A stretch of 64,000 bases of DNA, from the IMG/VR virus record IMGVR_UViG_3300034073_001700, positions 56,143-120,142 of that record. One strand, 5' to 3'. Origin of the DNA: a virus. The translations under genes were made by a program, and so were the position numbers. Positions 26,759-37,007 of this stretch are shown piece after piece (the stretch's first letter is position 1; the number at the start of each line of letters is the position of its first letter). The notes below the pieces were generated by a model, which was given only the letters and a program-made list of their open reading frames with translations, was not told the DNA's origin and searched no databases.

Positions 26759-28537
26759 TTATATTGTTTTAAGTCTATCCAAATAGTCTTTTATATCTTC
26801 TATTTGACTAGGTTTATATTGTATCACGTTCTCAGGGAGCGTGTCAACTCTGCGGGGCTGGCCACGAAAAGTATGAACTTCTACTTCAAGGTTTTGATCT
26901 CTGGGTGTATAAGAAATGGCACCAAAAATAGAACCACAAACAGCATCAGCCAAGTCCTTAGATTTTTTACGGGGGTGGTCAACCTTATCATTTTTCATAA
27001 TCTTAAGTTCAGTTAACTCTTCAAACAAAAGTTCTATAGCAGGCATAGCAAGTCGTTCTTCATACACAAGCATGGCCATATCTTCATAATGCTTCTTTGC
27101 TACTGAGACTGTCTCTGTTCTCATTCCTACTGCCTGTAATTCATTTTGAATATCAAATGATTGCCAACGGTCAAATGTAACTAATCCTATATTAAACCCA
27201 AGCCTTCTTAGATTTTGTATCCACTGTTTTACTTCAGATAGATTAACTGGCCCCTCTACCTTTGGCTCCCACCAAGCAACAGCATCTACAACAACAATTG
27301 GGGATATTTGTTCATAGTCTTTAATTACTTGAACATTAACCCATTTCTCAACATGGGCGATTGCGACAGCACACTTGTCATGCTTTTGTGCAAGGTCAGC
27401 ATGAACATAATAAATTTTTTCTGGGTCTGGCTTAAAGTTTTCCTCAAACCTTCTAAAGGCATCAAGAGGATTTCTAATAGTCATACATGCCCTTACTTTA
27501 TTAGCCTGCTTAAAAAATGCATCAGAAGCATAAGTAGGAACACAGGCAAAACGCATCATTGCATCTCCAAGGTCAGTCATAAAAGCAATTTTAAAATCAT
27601 CTATTTGACGAGTAGGATTTACTTCCCATGTTGGGCGCTTAAGTGCAAACACTCCAGGGTATTTATATGATTTTATGTGATCTTCATCCCAAGCAATCTC
27701 AAACCAGTTATCCTTATCATCTTCTGGTAATAATGGATTAATAATAAATCTATGTGTTTTACCTATAACTTCCTTATCTGCAATTACTGATTCATACCGC
27801 TCAGAAATAAAGTCTCCGTTATATCTTGGGAACGAAAGAAGAACTACCTTGCCAAGATCAGGAAAGCGGGAGTCAACTGACCCACGGAATGCTTTATAGA
27901 TATTGTCAGCAGTCTTTCCTTGTTCATTGCCTGTTGCTACCTCTGATGCAAAACCAGAAATCTCGTCAAGAACTGCTAGTAAAAGATTAAGACCCTCATG
28001 AGATTCTCTTTCTGAGTGTCCAGAATAAACTGTAATTGATTTGTCAAAACTAATAGAGTCTACCTTTGCTTCATACTTGCCAGCAAACCAAGGTGATCTT
28101 TCTATCTTTGATTTAAAGCCTTTAAAGAAAACATTCTTAGCCTGCTGTGCGTTAATAGCAACATTAATAAGATCTATTGCATCTCCACTTGGTTTTCCGA
28201 AATATCTTGCAGGGTCTTTAAGACATAATAACTTATAGACAATATAAGAACAGGCAACAGTAGAAGTAAAGTCCTTCCCACTGCCCTTCCCAAGTTGAAG
28301 AATAATTTCGTTCTTTGTGTATTTTTCATAATATCTTGCTCCTTCCTCTTCTCCCATAATAGACTGAAGATCTTCTTTACGATATATCTGACTCATCGCT
28401 TCAACAATGTCATATTGAATATCAGATAGTGATGGCTGCCCCAAATAATCTGGAGATTCGACAAATGTTTTAGCGTCTACTGGGGTTTCTTCAAAATTAT
28501 TATCGGCAAGCGCTTCAAGAAAATCATCAAACATCAT
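26759..28537 (-). CDS. terL: terminase large subunit
   Basis: Walker A LGKGSGKD, Walker B LAVLDE, nuclease HADLA..HD and DHP..SKDLADA. Confidence 0.92.
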   Translation of the reverse strand: MMFDDFLEALADNNFEETPVDAKTFVESPDYLGQPSLSDIQYDIVEAMSQIYRKEDLQSIMGEEEGARYYEKYTKNEIILQLGKGSGKDFTSTVACSYIVYKLLCLKDPARYFGKPSGDAIDLINVAINAQQAKNVFFKGFKSKIERSPWFAGKYEAKVDSISFDKSITVYSGHSERESHEGLNLLLAVLDEISGFASEVATGNEQGKTADNIYKAFRGSVDSRFPDLGKVVLLSFPRYNGDFISERYESVIADKEVIGKTHRFIINPLLPEDDKDNWFEIAWDEDHIKSYKYPGVFALKRPTWEVNPTRQIDDFKIAFMTDLGDAMMRFACVPTYASDAFFKQANKVRACMTIRNPLDAFRRFEENFKPDPEKIYYVHADLAQKHDKCAVAIAHVEKWVNVQVIKDYEQISPIVVVDAVAWWEPKVEGPVNLSEVKQWIQNLRRLGFNIGLVTFDRWQSFDIQNELQAVGMRTETVSVAKKHYEDMAMLVYEERLAMPAIELLFEELTELKIMKNDKVDHPRKKSKDLADAVCGSIFGAISYTPRDQNLEVEVHTFRGQPRRVDTLPENVIQYKPSQIEDIKDYLDRLKTI

Positions 28538-29060
28538 GGACAATTGTAATCACTTCATCTCTTTTGGCAACATCAGATAGCCTACGCATAATCTCATCAC
28601 GAATCTGAGGATACTCTGAAGCAATATCTTTAAGGATTCCCATGAGAATTTCTTGCTTCTTTTCTATTTGTAGCATTTCCTCTGCTAACTCTTTATTTTC
28701 TAATAGTCCTGCCTTTTGTAGCATATCAATTCTTTTAGATTCAATATCCATAACAAGTTTTATAGCCTGTGTTTTTGCTCCAAGATTATTGGTTAGTGAT
28801 GCCTCGTCTATAACCTCATATGATTTTGCAATTAACTTATTGTAATGAGTATCTGCAACAGCAAGGGCTTCTTTTGCACGTGCACGAATTGCATCATTAG
28901 CAGAAGCCATAACCTTCCACTCATTAATATGCTGAACTACACGTGTCCTTGGAATAGCAAGATCTTTAGATATTTTTGTAGCATCATTGCCCTTAAGATA
29001 CTCTCCAACAACTGTATTTATTTCGTCTAAATGTTTAACTAAATCTTCTTCAGTCGACAT
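28527..29060 (-). CDS. HTH/coiled-coil protein, probable terminase small subunit
   Basis: N-terminal HTH-like segment, directly upstream of terL; GGAGG RBS before ATG 29060. Confidence 0.6.
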   Translation of the reverse strand: MSTEEDLVKHLDEINTVVGEYLKGNDATKISKDLAIPRTRVVQHINEWKVMASANDAIRARAKEALAVADTHYNKLIAKSYEVIDEASLTNNLGAKTQAIKLVMDIESKRIDMLQKAGLLENKELAEEMLQIEKKQEILMGILKDIASEYPQIRDEIMRRLSDVAKRDEVITIVHDV

Positions 29061-29412
29061 GGCCATACGCCTCCTGTCTTTGTAATTCTTTTGCTTTTGC
29101 AATCTTTAGCAAGACAAGGTATCCTATCAAATCATCTATATCATTATCACCTATGTACTCTGTGCCACGCATTATCCTGCTTAATTTATCATCAATCCGA
29201 ACATGTAGTTGTTCTCTTGGATCCGCTTTACTAAAAATACGAACAGGCTCTAATGCTGAGTTACCATATGCAATATTTTTTTTAATTAGCATATGTGCTA
29301 TTTCATGACAAGATTGATAAATTTCTTTACCAGCAGATGTTCCTACGGTTAATAGGTATAAGTCCTCACACTTAAAACGTTTCATATCTGGAAAAACTGG
29401 ATCTAGGCTCAT
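29050..29412 (-). CDS. DUF1599-like (nucleotide-modification-associated) protein
   Basis: KKNIAYGNS, RIDDKLSRI, DLIGYLVL. Confidence 0.7.
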   Translation of the reverse strand: MSLDPVFPDMKRFKCEDLYLLTVGTSAGKEIYQSCHEIAHMLIKKNIAYGNSALEPVRIFSKADPREQLHVRIDDKLSRIMRGTEYIGDNDIDDLIGYLVLLKIAKAKELQRQEAYGHVD

Positions 29413-29564
29413 CGCTTTGACTTCCTCAACCCAAACTTAGCAAGATACACATATATAGTCTCCACACTTACCCCACATTCTTTTGCTATAGCCTCTGGAG
29501 ATTTTTTATCAATATGATATCTCTTTTTAAGCCATAGTTCATTTGTATATAGTTTAGCACCCAT
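29409..29564 (-). CDS. small HTH DNA-binding protein (51 aa), absent from the ORF track
   Basis: WLKKRY...SPEAIAKECGVSVETIYVYLAKFGL. Confidence 0.8.
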   Translation of the reverse strand: MGAKLYTNELWLKKRYHIDKKSPEAIAKECGVSVETIYVYLAKFGLRKSKR

Positions 29565-29565
29565 G

Positions 29566-30147
29566 TTATTTTTTGTCAACTCCAATTGCTTTATCCCAGT
29601 TGTTAATTGCCCAATGACCTATACCGCAGGCATCCGCAGCATCATAATCGTCTATCTCTTTGTCATAAATAACATTTAACAATTTAATTGTTCGTTGTTT
29701 CCTAAACTCTCTTTCATATGACTTATACCAAGAAGCAGACTTTCCTGGATTAGAAGATCTTATTTTTAGTTGTTCTTCTTTGGTTAATTTTTTATTTCCT
29801 AAATAACTTTGCCAGGTAATTGGAGATACCTTTCCTATAACATTAATGCCAGTCATTCCAGCCCCGCCAAGAATTGCACCCTGAACAAGTGCTAAGTCTG
29901 CTGCCGTTTTGGGGGAATTCATAAATACAGTATGCTCAATTACTATAGCCTGCATGCAATTATAATAGGTAAACAGGGCTTTAGATTTTTTACATGCATC
30001 AATTATCTTTTCGTATACATCATTTCCCTCAAAGTTAATTTTTCCATACTTGGCCAATTTGCCATGGGAGTAGATGGCAAATGCTAAACTATTTGTGCTG
30101 GCATCTATTGCACAAATGTTATAAGGAATTTCACTTTGTTGTGTCAT
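29566..30147 (-). CDS. RuvC-like Holliday junction resolvase
   Basis: AIDAST, IVIE, D.ADACGIG. Confidence 0.82.
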   Translation of the reverse strand: MTQQSEIPYNICAIDASTNSLAFAIYSHGKLAKYGKINFEGNDVYEKIIDACKKSKALFTYYNCMQAIVIEHTVFMNSPKTAADLALVQGAILGGAGMTGINVIGKVSPITWQSYLGNKKLTKEEQLKIRSSNPGKSASWYKSYEREFRKQRTIKLLNVIYDKEIDDYDAADACGIGHWAINNWDKAIGVDKK

Positions 30148-30418
30148 TCATTTGTCCCTTAATTTGTTTTAGTGCTTTTTTAACATCACTAGGATTTATA
30201 TTACATTTATTGCAAAGTGGGTCATCATTGTAGATGGATAATCTTGACCCACATTTTTTACATGTTCTATTTTTCCCTTTTCTTTTCTGCCTTCTAGCCT
30301 GAATATATCTCTGGGCTATTTTTTCTTTGGTAGCATCTTCTCTACATTTCTCAGAGCAATATATTTGATAAGAAATATCTGAAGTAAAATCTTTATCGCA
30401 CCATTTACAATTTTTCAT
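30131..30418 (-). CDS. Zn-finger protein
   Basis: CKWC..YCSEKC..CKKC..CNKC. Confidence 0.75.
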   Translation of the reverse strand: MKNCKWCDKDFTSDISYQIYCSEKCREDATKEKIAQRYIQARRQKRKGKNRTCKKCGSRLSIYNDDPLCNKCNINPSDVKKALKQIKGQMNDTTK

Positions 30419-31265
30419 CTTCTAGCAACTCCAGAGGTTTAAGTTTAATTACCCCTGTCCCTGCTTCGGCACATGCCTTCTGTATTGGACAAACCTTGCA
30501 TATCTTAGAATTAGACCTATATGGTTTTTGTGGCAGTTCTTGCCTCTTCCAACTTTGATATGTTTCTTTCATCCAATCAAATGCCTGGTCTACCCACCGA
30601 CGGAAATGATCGTTCATTATAACTGGTAGTGTAAGTAACTCATGATTATTTTTATTTTCATAAATCATGACACCTTTATCCACATTCCATACTCGCATAT
30701 AAATTAGCAATTGCATAAGATGTCCCATCTTTGCTTTTCTGCTATTCTTTTTATATTCGAATCCTTCGTTGCTGATAGTTTTTATTTCTCCAACTACCCT
30801 TTCACCATCTACATTAAGCATTACGTCTCCGTAACCATCGAATGGTGGATCATCCAACTTTACCCTAAACTCCATAGCGGGATGAGTTTGTTTATTATAC
30901 TTACGTGGTAATGGATCCATCTGCATGTCTTTATCTAACAGTCCAGATGCTTCTATTGCCTCCTGAATTCTTTCATGGCCCAAAGTTCCATTAGTTCTGT
31001 TTGCCACTCCGAATGCAGTAGAATCATCGTAATGTACTGCACCATCAAATGCGAGGTACCAATATCTAGGACACTCTCCTGCTCCATATGTTATTGCTGA
31101 TGCAGAGAAATTGCTTTTTTTGCTAAACCTAGGCTTAGTTTTAGTTAGATATCCAGACTCTATCTTTGATATAATTCCATCCACAAACGAGGTGTCGTCA
31201 GAACTATGAGCATATTTTGTTTTAGTAGATTCTTGAACCATTACTTCTTTTAATAAATTTTTCAT
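30405..31265 (-). CDS. Cas4-like PD-(D/E)xK exonuclease
   Basis: CPRYW, GT..H, D..GEIKT, QLLIY, CKVCP...C. Confidence 0.85.
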   Translation of the reverse strand: MKNLLKEVMVQESTKTKYAHSSDDTSFVDGIISKIESGYLTKTKPRFSKKSNFSASAITYGAGECPRYWYLAFDGAVHYDDSTAFGVANRTNGTLGHERIQEAIEASGLLDKDMQMDPLPRKYNKQTHPAMEFRVKLDDPPFDGYGDVMLNVDGERVVGEIKTISNEGFEYKKNSRKAKMGHLMQLLIYMRVWNVDKGVMIYENKNNHELLTLPVIMNDHFRRWVDQAFDWMKETYQSWKRQELPQKPYRSNSKICKVCPIQKACAEAGTGVIKLKPLELLEDEKL

Positions 31266-31299
31266 TGTTTTCCTTTTGTTTGTATAATTATATCAGATA

Positions 31300-31605
31300 T
31301 CAGCGAGTGATATATTTGAGAGCAGACACAAGATTATTAATTGCCTCTGCTGCTGTATAATAAATATTCTTTTTACTACGGTCTGACTTATCCACATTAG
31401 CCATCCATGTAGCCTTTAAAGCCATTTTTGCTGCAATGGCTTGAAGCCTAACTATCTCTACCGTAGCAACATTCATAGGAATATCTGGCTTTACGATAAG
31501 TTTGGCTATAAAGGTTAATGCCTTAGTTAACTCTTCATCTTCCATAAAATCTGCAATTTCGGATAGCCCATTGATCATTTCAAGTGTTGTATTATTTTGT
31601 TCCAT
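31300..31605 (-). CDS. hypothetical protein
   Basis: ORF in the replication operon. Confidence 0.75.
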   Translation of the reverse strand: MEQNNTTLEMINGLSEIADFMEDEELTKALTFIAKLIVKPDIPMNVATVEIVRLQAIAAKMALKATWMANVDKSDRSKKNIYYTAAEAINNLVSALKYITR

Positions 31606-31882
31606 TATTCACCATCTGTTCTAGTAGTTCTAACTCTATTATAGCAAGTCTGGTCTTCTTACTTCCCTCGCCAAGTACGACTACAATGGCTGGATCGTTG
31701 CCATTTCGTATAGCATCTGTAGTGGCCTTAGCCCACACATCATGATTAAGAGTAAAAGATTTTGAGTTCTCTTTAAAATCTACAGTAAAGTTTTCCCAAG
31801 TAGCATCGCCCTTCTTGGTATTTCTACCAGAATTCTTATGTTGCTTTGCACCCAATCTTTTGCTCTCATTTTTTTCACTCAT
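31592..31882 (-). CDS. small PD-(D/E)xK nuclease/resolvase-like protein
   Basis: E...NSG...KGDA...VDFKE. Confidence 0.65.
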   Translation of the reverse strand: MSEKNESKRLGAKQHKNSGRNTKKGDATWENFTVDFKENSKSFTLNHDVWAKATTDAIRNGNDPAIVVVLGEGSKKTRLAIIELELLEQMVNNGTK

Positions 31883-32051
31883 ATTTTTTTACCTTTTTGT
31901 ATCCTACCTTAAATAATTGAACTTCTGATAAGTGCTTTTCTGAACACATCCAAGATGCCATCCCAGTTAATGCATAAATCCTAATAGTCTTTACTTCTTT
32001 TTTACAAGTCTTGCAAGGAAATTTTCCTTCGTAGATTGTATACTTATCCAC
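31875..32051 (-). CDS. small Zn-binding protein (58 aa), absent from the ORF track
   Basis: GTG start; CKTC...WMCSEKHLS; overlaps both neighbours. Confidence 0.65.
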   Translation of the reverse strand: MDKYTIYEGKFPCKTCKKEVKTIRIYALTGMASWMCSEKHLSEVQLFKVGYKKVKKYE

Positions 32052-33057
32052 TGATTTTATTCTTAATCATGTCTTGTAGATCAAGATCCTCTCTTACTTT
32101 ATTAACAAATCCTTCTCTACCCTGAACCTTTGAGCCATCTGGAAGCAAATACCAAGCACCAGTGCGCTCAACTATACCCATTAATTCAGCAGTATCAACA
32201 AGATCAGCGACCCCATCAATGCCCAGGTTATCGCCTCTAAAATAGAAATCATATTCACCAGACTGAAAAGAAGGACTGGTTTTACTAAACTGGAGTTCCC
32301 ATCTAATTTTTCTACCAATTTTTTCTTCAATAGCCTTGTCACCAACATATATTTTTCCTTTCAATGCCTGATTGTCTGATTCAGATGAAAATAACTTAAC
32401 AACTGTAGATGAGTAAAACTTTGTAGCCTGACCACCAGTTGGTTGTTGGCTAGTATACATTGCATTAATATTATTACGAGACTGAGAAATAAGTATTAAT
32501 AGTGTAGGCTTAATTTTGTTATTTGCATAGTTAAGCATTTTCCAAGCATTGCTAAAGTCCCTAGACTCAGCACCTATCTGTTTTGTATTTTCTAATTGTT
32601 TAAGTTCGCTTGAATCTTTTTCAAAATAAATTGCAGGTAACAAAGAAGTGATTGAGTCAACAACTATAATATCTACACCCGCCTCAATTAAATTTACTCC
32701 TACATCAACCATTTCATTTATTGTTCTTGCCTGAGATACGATTAACTTTGATGTATCTACCCCCAACTTTTCTGCCCAGTCTTTGTCATATGACATCTCT
32801 GCATCAATCCAAGCACAGATCTTTCCTTCTTTTTGGGCAATCGCTATTGTCTGAAGGCACAAAGATGATTTAGCACTCGACTTACTTCCCCATATAAGAA
32901 CCTGCCTACCATATGGCAGACCGCCATTTAGGGCACGATTAAGTCCAAAACTTGGTGTTGCAGCGTATTCTGTCTTGGGAACTTCGTCACCCACTAAAAT
33001 ATTTTTTCTTAATTTTGGATTTAGTTGTGCTAATACATCTTCAAGGCTAACTGACAT
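32044..33057 (-). CDS. recA: RecA/UvsX-like recombinase
   Basis: LNRALNGGLPYGR, GSKSSAKS, WIDAE, IVVDS, GG.ATKFYSS, GAWY. Confidence 0.9.
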   Translation of the reverse strand: MSVSLEDVLAQLNPKLRKNILVGDEVPKTEYAATPSFGLNRALNGGLPYGRQVLIWGSKSSAKSSLCLQTIAIAQKEGKICAWIDAEMSYDKDWAEKLGVDTSKLIVSQARTINEMVDVGVNLIEAGVDIIVVDSITSLLPAIYFEKDSSELKQLENTKQIGAESRDFSNAWKMLNYANNKIKPTLLILISQSRNNINAMYTSQQPTGGQATKFYSSTVVKLFSSESDNQALKGKIYVGDKAIEEKIGRKIRWELQFSKTSPSFQSGEYDFYFRGDNLGIDGVADLVDTAELMGIVERTGAWYLLPDGSKVQGREGFVNKVREDLDLQDMIKNKISG

Positions 33058-36000
33058 TTATATCCTCCAATATTACTGTGCCGTCTTTGGTTTTACCTAA
33101 TTCAAATTTATATGCATTTCCTTCTTCAATTTTCATATATGCCTTAGCAAATGCAGTAGGAAATACTGTTACTGGATGAAGTTCTCTAGAGGTGTCTGCT
33201 AGAGTCAGAGAAGCCATCTTCTTTCCTGCTTTCGTTATCCTAGGTTTAAAGGATACCACAAATAACTCATCATCTTTATAGGGCAACATTCTATAATTTA
33301 AAAATTTAATTAAGGCAGAGTCAGATCCTTTTATTTCGTCCACAGGAACAGCACTAACAATTCTATTGTCAGAACAGAGTGCAATATAACTTCGTCCAGC
33401 CTCAATTGTTGTTTGCTCTTCATCAAACACCCCTATACTTCCAGTCTTGTCTAATATCTCTACACGAGACCAGCCTTTGCCTCGTTTAATTCCTTTAACC
33501 ATACCCATAAGAATAAAGGAACCCTTTTCTTCAAAATCTTCTACTGGATTTATAAATGCATGATAGTGTGACGGAACAGTTTGAGTAAACTCTGGTAATC
33601 CTAAATACTCATATAGATTATCTCTAATCTCATTATCATTTCTTGGATTATCTGGAAATGTTGCAGCGCCTATAAGTCTTAATGCTTCTAAGGCTCTGCT
33701 ATTTACTCCGTTACCCTTTGTGAATGTAAACTCTTTAAGTTGTTCAAAAGACTTAAAAGGTCGTGCCGATATATATCGTTCTGCAATCTTATCAGAGATA
33801 AACTTGATCCCCGACAATCCAAACCGAATACCTTTACCCTCAATCTTAAAATCAATATCCGAATCATTAACATGAGGTAGTTTAATGCTAATCCCCATTC
33901 TCTTCGCTTCAATAAGATATTCAGTTCGTGCATCTTTGTCCTTTTCGTTTTTAAGCAATGAGTACATAAACTCAATTGGATAATAATACTTTAGCCATGC
34001 CGTCCAATACGAGAGCGTAGAGTAAGCAACCGCATGAGACTTGTTGAACGAATAGCCCGCATGCGCCTCAAAGTCATGCCATAAATCACGAGCCTGATTA
34101 GGACTAATAAACCTAGAAGCACCTTTAACAAACTTTTCCTGGAACGCATCAAATTCTCTTGCATCTTTCTTTTTACCAATAATCTTACGAACCTTATCGG
34201 CTTCAGACCAAGACATACCTCCCAATTCAACGCAAGCCTGCATAACCTGCTCTTGGTATAGGATACACCCATATGTCTCATCTGTAAAAGGCTTCATGAC
34301 CTGATGAAGATAATTTACTGCCTGCCTTCCATGCTTGCGCTCAATATAGTCCTTACCAATGGTGTTCATGGCACCTGGACGAACTAGAGCATTAGAGGCA
34401 GAAAGTTCTGCTAGACTTTTTACCCCCATTTTTACCAGAAGATTTGTGTATGGGGTTGCTTCACACTGAAAAACACCCTTAGTATATCCTTCAGAAAGCA
34501 TTTGATAAACTTTTTGATCAGTCATGTCAAGACTGAGTAAATCTATATCTGTACCATCACGTTCTTTAATAATCTTTAAGGTATCATTAATAACACTAAG
34601 AGTTTTAAGTCCTAGGGCATCTATCTTGATAAGCCCAATTTTTTCAGCCTCTTCCATGTCCACCGCCACAACAGGTATGCGGTCATCGGAACCAGGAGAA
34701 GAGCGTGTCTCCAACGGTGCGTACCTAAAAATAGGATTTTTACTAGTGACAACACCAGCAGCGTGTATGCCAGTACCTCTAATACGACCACGTAATTGTT
34801 CTCCATATTGTTCTACCTCTGGATATTTCTCTCTAAACCATGCAGTTGTTTTTGAAGTACAGTATTCGTCCCAAGTGTCAACTAACTTAAGAACCTTATT
34901 AACATCTGCCAATGGAATATTTAAAGCACGAGCAACATCTCGCACTACGCCTTTATCTTTAAATTCTAAGAATGTTGCAATAGAGGCAACATGCTTGTAT
35001 TGTCTTATTAAATAATCTTTTACTTCATCACGACGTGTATCTTGAATGTCTGTATCTATATCTGGAAAGTCATTACGCTCTGGATTAATAAATCGGAAAA
35101 ACAAAAGACCGTTCTCTATTGGATCAATATCTGTAATTCCAAGGGTGTAGCAAAGCAAGGATCCAGCAGACGATCCACGGCCTGGGCCTACCATAATCCC
35201 CTCTTTCTTAGCCCAAGAGATCATGCTCTGAACAACAAGAAAGTATGGACTAAACTTTTTATCTTTGATAACTTTTAGTTCTTCTTCAAGCCTATCCATA
35301 TATTCTTTGTTGTCTGCAAGACCTTTATCTTTTAGTCCTTGATAGGCAAGATCCGATAATTGCTTATCTGGATTTTTATATTGAACAGGTAATAGATTTA
35401 GGTTATCTTTAATATCATAATCCTCTATTTTATTAGCAAGGTCTATGGTGTTTTCATATATATCTGTTCTAAAGATTGCCTGCTTTTCCATTGCAGCCTG
35501 AATCTCTTCATATGATAAAAGATGAATATCAAATTTATTAAAAGACATTTGCCTATCTGCACCATACAAATAATCTAAGCGCTTCATTAAATCGCCTTGC
35601 TTTTTGGACTTCTCATATGTAGCATCTTTTTGAATCTTATTAGAATAAGTATTTAGAATTAATTTTAATTCTTGTATTTCTTTTTGTGATGAATCAACAT
35701 GGTGGCAGTCTGGAGTAACTATAGGCTTAATCTTAAACTCGTCTGCTAGTTGTAATATGGTACTATTTATTGATTCATTATTGTGTGGCATTACCTCAAG
35801 GTAATAGTCATCGCCAAACTCTTCTTTAAACCATTTAATGTATTTCTTTGCCATGCCAAGTTCGCCAAGTTCAATTGACTTAGCAACAATTCCACTTGGG
35901 CAAGCAGATGAAACAATAATTCCTTCTTTATACTTTGAGAGAACTTCAAAATCTATTCTTGGTTTTTTGTAATAACCCTCTGTCCACGCTATCTCATTTA

Positions 36001-36325
36001 ATTTATTTAAGTTTTCTAGGCCTACCTTGTTCTTGGCAAGAAGGATAATATGATTATAAACCATATCTAGTGGAGTAGTTCGATCTTCTTTATCTCGTCG
36101 ATCAAATCTATCCTCACACATATATCCTTCTACGCCAAGAATAGGCTTGATTCCATTAGACTTAGCAACACGATACATATCTCTGTGGCCAGAAAGGGAG
36201 CCATGGTCAGTAATCGCTATTGCAGGCATACCCAACTTAGTAGCACGATCAACATATTCAGACGGCAACCCAATACCGTCGAATAGTGAAAAGTGAGTAT
36301 GTAAATGTAATGGAACGTAATTCAT
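33047..36325 (-). CDS. dnaE: DNA polymerase III alpha subunit
   Basis: HLHTHFSLFDG PHP domain, GRGSSAGS, PDIDTD, HAAG, KIDALGL, FNKSH. Confidence 0.96.
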   Translation of the reverse strand: MNYVPLHLHTHFSLFDGIGLPSEYVDRATKLGMPAIAITDHGSLSGHRDMYRVAKSNGIKPILGVEGYMCEDRFDRRDKEDRTTPLDMVYNHIILLAKNKVGLENLNKLNEIAWTEGYYKKPRIDFEVLSKYKEGIIVSSACPSGIVAKSIELGELGMAKKYIKWFKEEFGDDYYLEVMPHNNESINSTILQLADEFKIKPIVTPDCHHVDSSQKEIQELKLILNTYSNKIQKDATYEKSKKQGDLMKRLDYLYGADRQMSFNKFDIHLLSYEEIQAAMEKQAIFRTDIYENTIDLANKIEDYDIKDNLNLLPVQYKNPDKQLSDLAYQGLKDKGLADNKEYMDRLEEELKVIKDKKFSPYFLVVQSMISWAKKEGIMVGPGRGSSAGSLLCYTLGITDIDPIENGLLFFRFINPERNDFPDIDTDIQDTRRDEVKDYLIRQYKHVASIATFLEFKDKGVVRDVARALNIPLADVNKVLKLVDTWDEYCTSKTTAWFREKYPEVEQYGEQLRGRIRGTGIHAAGVVTSKNPIFRYAPLETRSSPGSDDRIPVVAVDMEEAEKIGLIKIDALGLKTLSVINDTLKIIKERDGTDIDLLSLDMTDQKVYQMLSEGYTKGVFQCEATPYTNLLVKMGVKSLAELSASNALVRPGAMNTIGKDYIERKHGRQAVNYLHQVMKPFTDETYGCILYQEQVMQACVELGGMSWSEADKVRKIIGKKKDAREFDAFQEKFVKGASRFISPNQARDLWHDFEAHAGYSFNKSHAVAYSTLSYWTAWLKYYYPIEFMYSLLKNEKDKDARTEYLIEAKRMGISIKLPHVNDSDIDFKIEGKGIRFGLSGIKFISDKIAERYISARPFKSFEQLKEFTFTKGNGVNSRALEALRLIGAATFPDNPRNDNEIRDNLYEYLGLPEFTQTVPSHYHAFINPVEDFEEKGSFILMGMVKGIKRGKGWSRVEILDKTGSIGVFDEEQTTIEAGRSYIALCSDNRIVSAVPVDEIKGSDSALIKFLNYRMLPYKDDELFVVSFKPRITKAGKKMASLTLADTSRELHPVTVFPTAFAKAYMKIEEGNAYKFELGKTKDGTVILEDINVS

Positions 36326-36328
36326 CTA

Positions 36329-36991
36329 CTACCAGTCGATATTCGTCGCTGATGTTGTAGATGGAGAATCAAAGCCAAGATAGAAAGCCTCTTGCTCTGC
36401 ATATGGGACACGTCGCAATGCCTTATCTAAAGCATATGGCTCAATGCCTTCCCAATTAAATGGCTCCTTATCTGGAGCAGATGGGATAAGAGTATATGAT
36501 GTTTCTGTTCCCTGTCCATTTCGCTTCAACTTCCACTGAAGATTAGAAATGCTTCCTGTCTCAAGTGCATATTCACGAATGGTATTAAATGATGATTGCT
36601 TGCTAATACCCATTGACCAGATTGCAACATATGGCTTGTCCTCAATTCCGTCATCGACAAGAACGTTGCAATAGAAACGAAGACGGCCACGCCATCCACT
36701 GTTTCCCTTTGGATCTTTGCGGTACATCTCTTCAGCCCAGTCACGGCCCTCTGTATCCATTGTGTCTACAGCCTTACGCTTGTAGTCCTTTGGATTTGTG
36801 TGTTCCTTAACAACGAAGGCAAGTCCACGCTTTTCGCTATAGTTTGCAGAGTCTTCGTCCAACTCTTCAATAAATCTAATCTTTACTGCTTGTCCATCAG
36901 CCAACTTTAGCCAACGAACCTTTGGACCGCTTTCGTCTGTCTTTTTATCTAGTAAAGCATTTATGTTTTTTAGTCCTACTATTTTATTCAT
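36329..36991 (-). CDS. single-stranded DNA-binding protein (gp32-like)
   Basis: KIRF, KLKRNGQGTETSY, acidic tail ending DW; own promoter TGCTACAAT and AAGGAG RBS. Confidence 0.7.
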   Translation of the reverse strand: MNKIVGLKNINALLDKKTDESGPKVRWLKLADGQAVKIRFIEELDEDSANYSEKRGLAFVVKEHTNPKDYKRKAVDTMDTEGRDWAEEMYRKDPKGNSGWRGRLRFYCNVLVDDGIEDKPYVAIWSMGISKQSSFNTIREYALETGSISNLQWKLKRNGQGTETSYTLIPSAPDKEPFNWEGIEPYALDKALRRVPYAEQEAFYLGFDSPSTTSATNIDW

Positions 36992-37007
36992 TATTTCTCC
37001 TTGTTTT

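Noticed and set aside
25535-27016. Long + strand ORFs (186 and 206 aa), and similar antisense ORFs over katG, dnaE, TMP and capsid
   Set aside because: They are shadows of biased codon usage in the real opposite-strand genes and have no RBS or motifs.
30405-31265. CRISPR-Cas system suggested by the Cas4-like gene
   Set aside because: No repeat-spacer array or other cas genes were seen. Solo Cas4-like nucleases are common in phage replication modules.
33047-36325. Intein or intron in DnaE (also checked TerL, DnaB, RecA)
   Set aside because: Lengths are normal, motifs are contiguous, and no intein-like C/S...HN insert was seen.
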